Shown here: piece by piece, positions 18,633 through 21,098 of the stretch
Layout of the letters: each line of letters opens with the position of its first letter
How positions within the stretch are numbered: the stretch's first letter is position 1
Source: Promethearchaeota archaeon
GTDB taxonomy: Archaea > Asgardarchaeota > Lokiarchaeia > Sigyniarchaeales > SOKP01
DNA length: 21,098 bases
NCBI GenBank assembly: GCA_019894975.1
Contig: JAGXNO010000051.1
Span: forward strand, 1-21,098
Reading direction: 5' to 3'
Notes under the pieces: model-generated
The model's database searches: none
What the model saw: only the letters and a program-made list of their open reading frames with translations
What the model was told of the DNA's origin: nothing
Program-made: the position numbers and the translations under genes

Positions 18633-19034
18633 TTAAACCAGATTTTCAAGCTTCTTAGCATAATCTTGAACGTTAAAGAGAGCATCTCTTGGGCCTACTT
18701 GGGGGTTAATATATGCAATTATTGCTCCAGTCCCACCAATAGGAATTGGGCAAATAATAATATGACCCTTTCCGGTAATACTTGTACCAATTTTTCGTTC
18801 TTCCGTATTTTCTACAATCATATATTTAATACCTAGAATAGTCAAGCTAGAAATTCCCTTTTGGCCCAATTCTAACTTAAGGTTCAGCATTTCATTTATT
18901 AAAGCAAGATCGTTCGTAAGATCCCAGTTTGCAGTTTGTGTAATCAACTCTCCAGCTCTGCTAATAATTCCTATTCCAAAAATGTTTTGTTCCTCGTTTA
19001 ATAAGTCATCAATAATACTTTCTATTTCAGACAT
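18633..19034 (-). CDS. Profilin (Lokiarchaeal profilin-1-like actin regulator)
   Basis: From ATG 19034: MSEIESIIDDLLNEE..GIGIISRAGELITQTANW..GIKYMIVENTEERKIGTSITGKGHIIICPIPIGGTGAIIAYINPQVGPRDALFNVQDYAKKL. This closely matches the Loki profilin-1 sequence as I recall it. Confidence 0.93.
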   Translation of the reverse strand: MSEIESIIDDLLNEEQNIFGIGIISRAGELITQTANWDLTNDLALINEMLNLKLELGQKGISSLTILGIKYMIVENTEERKIGTSITGKGHIIICPIPIGGTGAIIAYINPQVGPRDALFNVQDYAKKLENLV

Positions 19035-19141
19035 GATACCCAAATATTTATTATTAAATTGTTATAAATAAAATAAATACTAACAATTATAAATTTAAAC
19101 ATAAACAAAAAACTAATTCAAATAAAAAACGGTGAAAATGA
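19035..19141. promoter_or_regulatory. Divergent AT-rich promoter region shared by profilin and the ABC permease
   Basis: 107-bp gap with TATA-like TTATAAAT and TTTAAA elements, and a GGTGA SD-like motif at 19131-19135 before TTG 19142. Confidence 0.5.
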
Positions 19142-19684
19142 TTGGCATTTAGAATGTGGAGAAAAGCTATTTTACTCTCTTTACGTGAAAAAAAAGTATT
19201 TACAGTTTTTACACTAATTTATACAACGTTGATATTTTTAACGTCTTTTTTCATAAACCTAGGATTTCAAGGTGATTTGGGAGAATTGGCTATTCCACTT
19301 ATATTGATATTTTTTGGAACATCTTTATTTCTTTCTTTACTCTACGCATGGATTTTAGTATCAAGAAAGAGACGTGTTTGGGCAACGTTCAAATGTATCG
19401 GGTATACAAATAAAAATATATTAGTTTTAGTTTCAGGAATGATATTTTTTACAACTCTAGTTGGTTTCTTTATTGTAATTGAAGTTTTATTCCATTTCGC
19501 TGCAGCTATTGCGTATCTTAATCAAACGGATTTAGATTTGACTCTTACCATATTAGTTGATTTAGGTCCTGTCATCTTTACAAGTGTTATTTTTATTGTG
19601 GTTCAATTATTTGCTTTCTACTTAGCGTATAGAAAAGTCCTTAAAGTGAGACCAATTATTGCATTAAAAAAAGTAGGTGAGTGA
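19142..19684 (+). CDS. Minimal FtsX/MacB-type (type VII ABC) permease, 4 TM, no extracellular domain
   Basis: Amphipathic N-terminus (MWRKAILLSLREKK), coupling-helix motif RKRRVWATFKCIGYTNKNI (cf. RRREIAxLKALGAxxxxI) and C-terminal RKVLKVRPIIAL. Confidence 0.82.
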   Translation: MAFRMWRKAILLSLREKKVFTVFTLIYTTLIFLTSFFINLGFQGDLGELAIPLILIFFGTSLFLSLLYAWILVSRKRRVWATFKCIGYTNKNILVLVSGMIFFTTLVGFFIVIEVLFHFAAAIAYLNQTDLDLTLTILVDLGPVIFTSVIFIVVQLFAFYLAYRKVLKVRPIIALKKVGE

Positions 19685-19695
19685 GGAGAAAAAGC

Positions 19696-20385
19696 ATGTC
19701 AGCAGATAAAGATGTAATGATTGAAGCGATTGATGTTAATAAAGAGTATAGGAGAGCAGGTGCAATTATTCGAGCTTTAGCAGATGTTAATTTGAAAATA
19801 AAATCTGGTGAATTCGTTGTTGTTCAAGGGCCAACTGGTTGTGGAAAATCTACCCTTCTTAATGTTCTCTCAGGATTAGATTTACCTGATTCAGGAAGGA
19901 TAATATTTGATGGGGAGAATATCGCAAGAGCAACTGAAGATAGATTAAGCAAACTTAGACGTCATAAAATCGGTTTTGTGTTTCAGGATTTTAATTTGGT
20001 AAATTCTTTAACAGCGATTGAAAATGTGGAGGCCGTTTTATGGCCCACAGTGCTACGTCAAAAAGAAATTGAAAATAGAGCAATTACTGCCTTAAGGGAT
20101 GTTGATTTACTTGATCGTAAAGACCATTATCCGTCCCAAATGTCTGGTGGTGAGAAACAGAGGTGTGGTATTGCTCGAGCAATTATTCATAGACCACGAG
20201 TCATTTTAGCGGATGAGGCTACTGGTAATTTAGATCCTGAAAGTGAAAAACAGACGATGGCCCTAATAAAGAAAATCAATAAAGAAATGGAAACGACTAT
20301 TATTTTTGTTACCCATAGAGATTTATCTCAGTACGGATCAAAAACAATACGAATGGATAAGGGAAGAATAACGAAAATTCAATAA
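19696..20385 (+). CDS. ABC ATPase, LolD/MacB/FtsE-like (MJ0796-type)
   Basis: Walker A GPTGCGKST, IGFVFQDFNL, MSGGEKQR, ILADEATGNLD, VTH. ATG 19696 is preceded by GAGGAG; the alternative GTG at 19681 overlaps the permease stop. Confidence 0.94.
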   Translation: MSADKDVMIEAIDVNKEYRRAGAIIRALADVNLKIKSGEFVVVQGPTGCGKSTLLNVLSGLDLPDSGRIIFDGENIARATEDRLSKLRRHKIGFVFQDFNLVNSLTAIENVEAVLWPTVLRQKEIENRAITALRDVDLLDRKDHYPSQMSGGEKQRCGIARAIIHRPRVILADEATGNLDPESEKQTMALIKKINKEMETTIIFVTHRDLSQYGSKTIRMDKGRITKIQ

Positions 20386-20446
20386 TTTAATTTTTAAATA
20401 ATTATTTTATCTCATTTTTTTTGTAATAAGGGATTTTATTTGAATA

Positions 20447-20484
20447 AGATATAACAAATGATTTCAATTTCTCTTGTTATATCT
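20447..20484. repeat. Perfect 11-bp inverted repeat AGATATAACAA-N16-TTGTTATATCT
   Basis: Arms at 20447-20457 and 20474-20484, in the intergenic region after the ABC ATPase. Confidence 0.8.
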
Positions 20485-20623
20485 AACCTCAGACCTTAAA
20501 GATACCTTTTTAGCAAATAGTTATGAAAACATAAATATAAATATAAATAAGATCTGAGTTATGATCAAATTACTTAAATTTTTAAATTGTTTAAAAATAT
20601 AAAAGTAGAACAAGGGGATATGA

Positions 20624-21098
20624 ATGGGTTTTAAGCGTGTGTTTTGGTCAGGTGTAGTTGGAATGATAGTTCTAATTCCAATGTCTTGGATTTCTTTTAG
20701 GTTTTTAAATTTAACTGAGGGTTTAACAGGGGGTTTGTTAGAGAACATCGATGATGCATTAAGTATTATTACAGTTCCTGTAATAGAAATTATTGCAGGA
20801 GCATTTATTGGTCTTGCCCTTGTACTCTTATTCCCGATTCATTGGTGTATATATTATCGCCCAGAGGATATTGGATTAGTAATAGCCGTCACAGTTCCCT
20901 GGATTCTATGCTGCGTTATTGCGAGTGGATTATTTGCTCACTCTCCTCGAGGAGGGATCCATACCAGTTTAGCAATAGGAATTGGCTACGCTATAATTCT
21001 TACAGTTGGCTATATCGTCTTAGTAGTAGCTTTACCGATGGGATCTGCAATATTGGATGGACTATTATTAGGGTTAACAGATTTACCCTACCTTGTCG
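20624..21098 (+). CDS. Multi-pass membrane protein, runs off the window end (not in the ORF track)
   Basis: Open from ATG 20624 (GGGGA upstream): MGFKRVFWSGVVGMIVLIPMSWISF...AFIGLALVLLFPIHWCIYYRPEDIGLVIAVTVPWILCCVIASGLFAHSPRGGIHTSLAIGIGYAIIL..., with no stop before 21098. Confidence 0.85.
   Translation, partial: MGFKRVFWSGVVGMIVLIPMSWISFRFLNLTEGLTGGLLENIDDALSIITVPVIEIIAGAFIGLALVLLFPIHWCIYYRPEDIGLVIAVTVPWILCCVIASGLFAHSPRGGIHTSLAIGIGYAIILTVGYIVLVVALPMGSAILDGLLLGLTDLPYLV

Noticed and set aside
269-20748. Other short ORFs (269..463, 491..688, 2819..3058, 4491..4751, 4553..4855, 11668..11868, 14785..15024, 15496..15699, 18108..18305, 20521..20748)
   Set aside because: All lie antisense to, or overlap, better-supported genes.
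1-21098. Defence island, prophage or IS interpretation (SNF2, methyltransferase)
   Set aside because: The methyltransferase lacks DNA-MTase catalytic motifs (DPPY/NPPY/PC), and no nuclease, integrase, transposase or viral structural gene was recognised.

Overview
AT-rich archaeal window, very likely from Lokiarchaeia (Asgard archaea), judged from a Loki-type profilin, two longin-like domains, a group II chaperonin and an Asgard-style TPR N-terminus. Left to right: 3' end of a thermosome subunit, serine esterase, cold-shock protein with an RGG tail, small membrane protein, an unlisted 58-aa acidic microprotein between two degenerate direct repeats, a truncated TPR remnant, a MaoC/hotdog-like protein, an acyltransferase-3 pseudogene (stop plus frameshift), SNF2 ATPase, ferredoxin-nitroreductase, SAM methyltransferase, Zn-ribbon/helical protein, TM plus PH-like protein, standalone longin-like protein, and an amidohydrolase-cyclase pair. 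The most interesting block is 15.2-21.1 kb: a polytopic membrane protein ending in a longin domain, a Zn-dependent deacetylase (HDAC family), profilin, a minimal FtsX/MacB-type permease lacking the extracellular domain with its LolD-type ATPase, and a further membrane protein. This could be a membrane-actin coupling locus, which is a hypothesis resting on gene adjacency only. No rRNA, tRNA, CRISPR array or transposase was recognised. All family calls come from motif recognition, not database searches.
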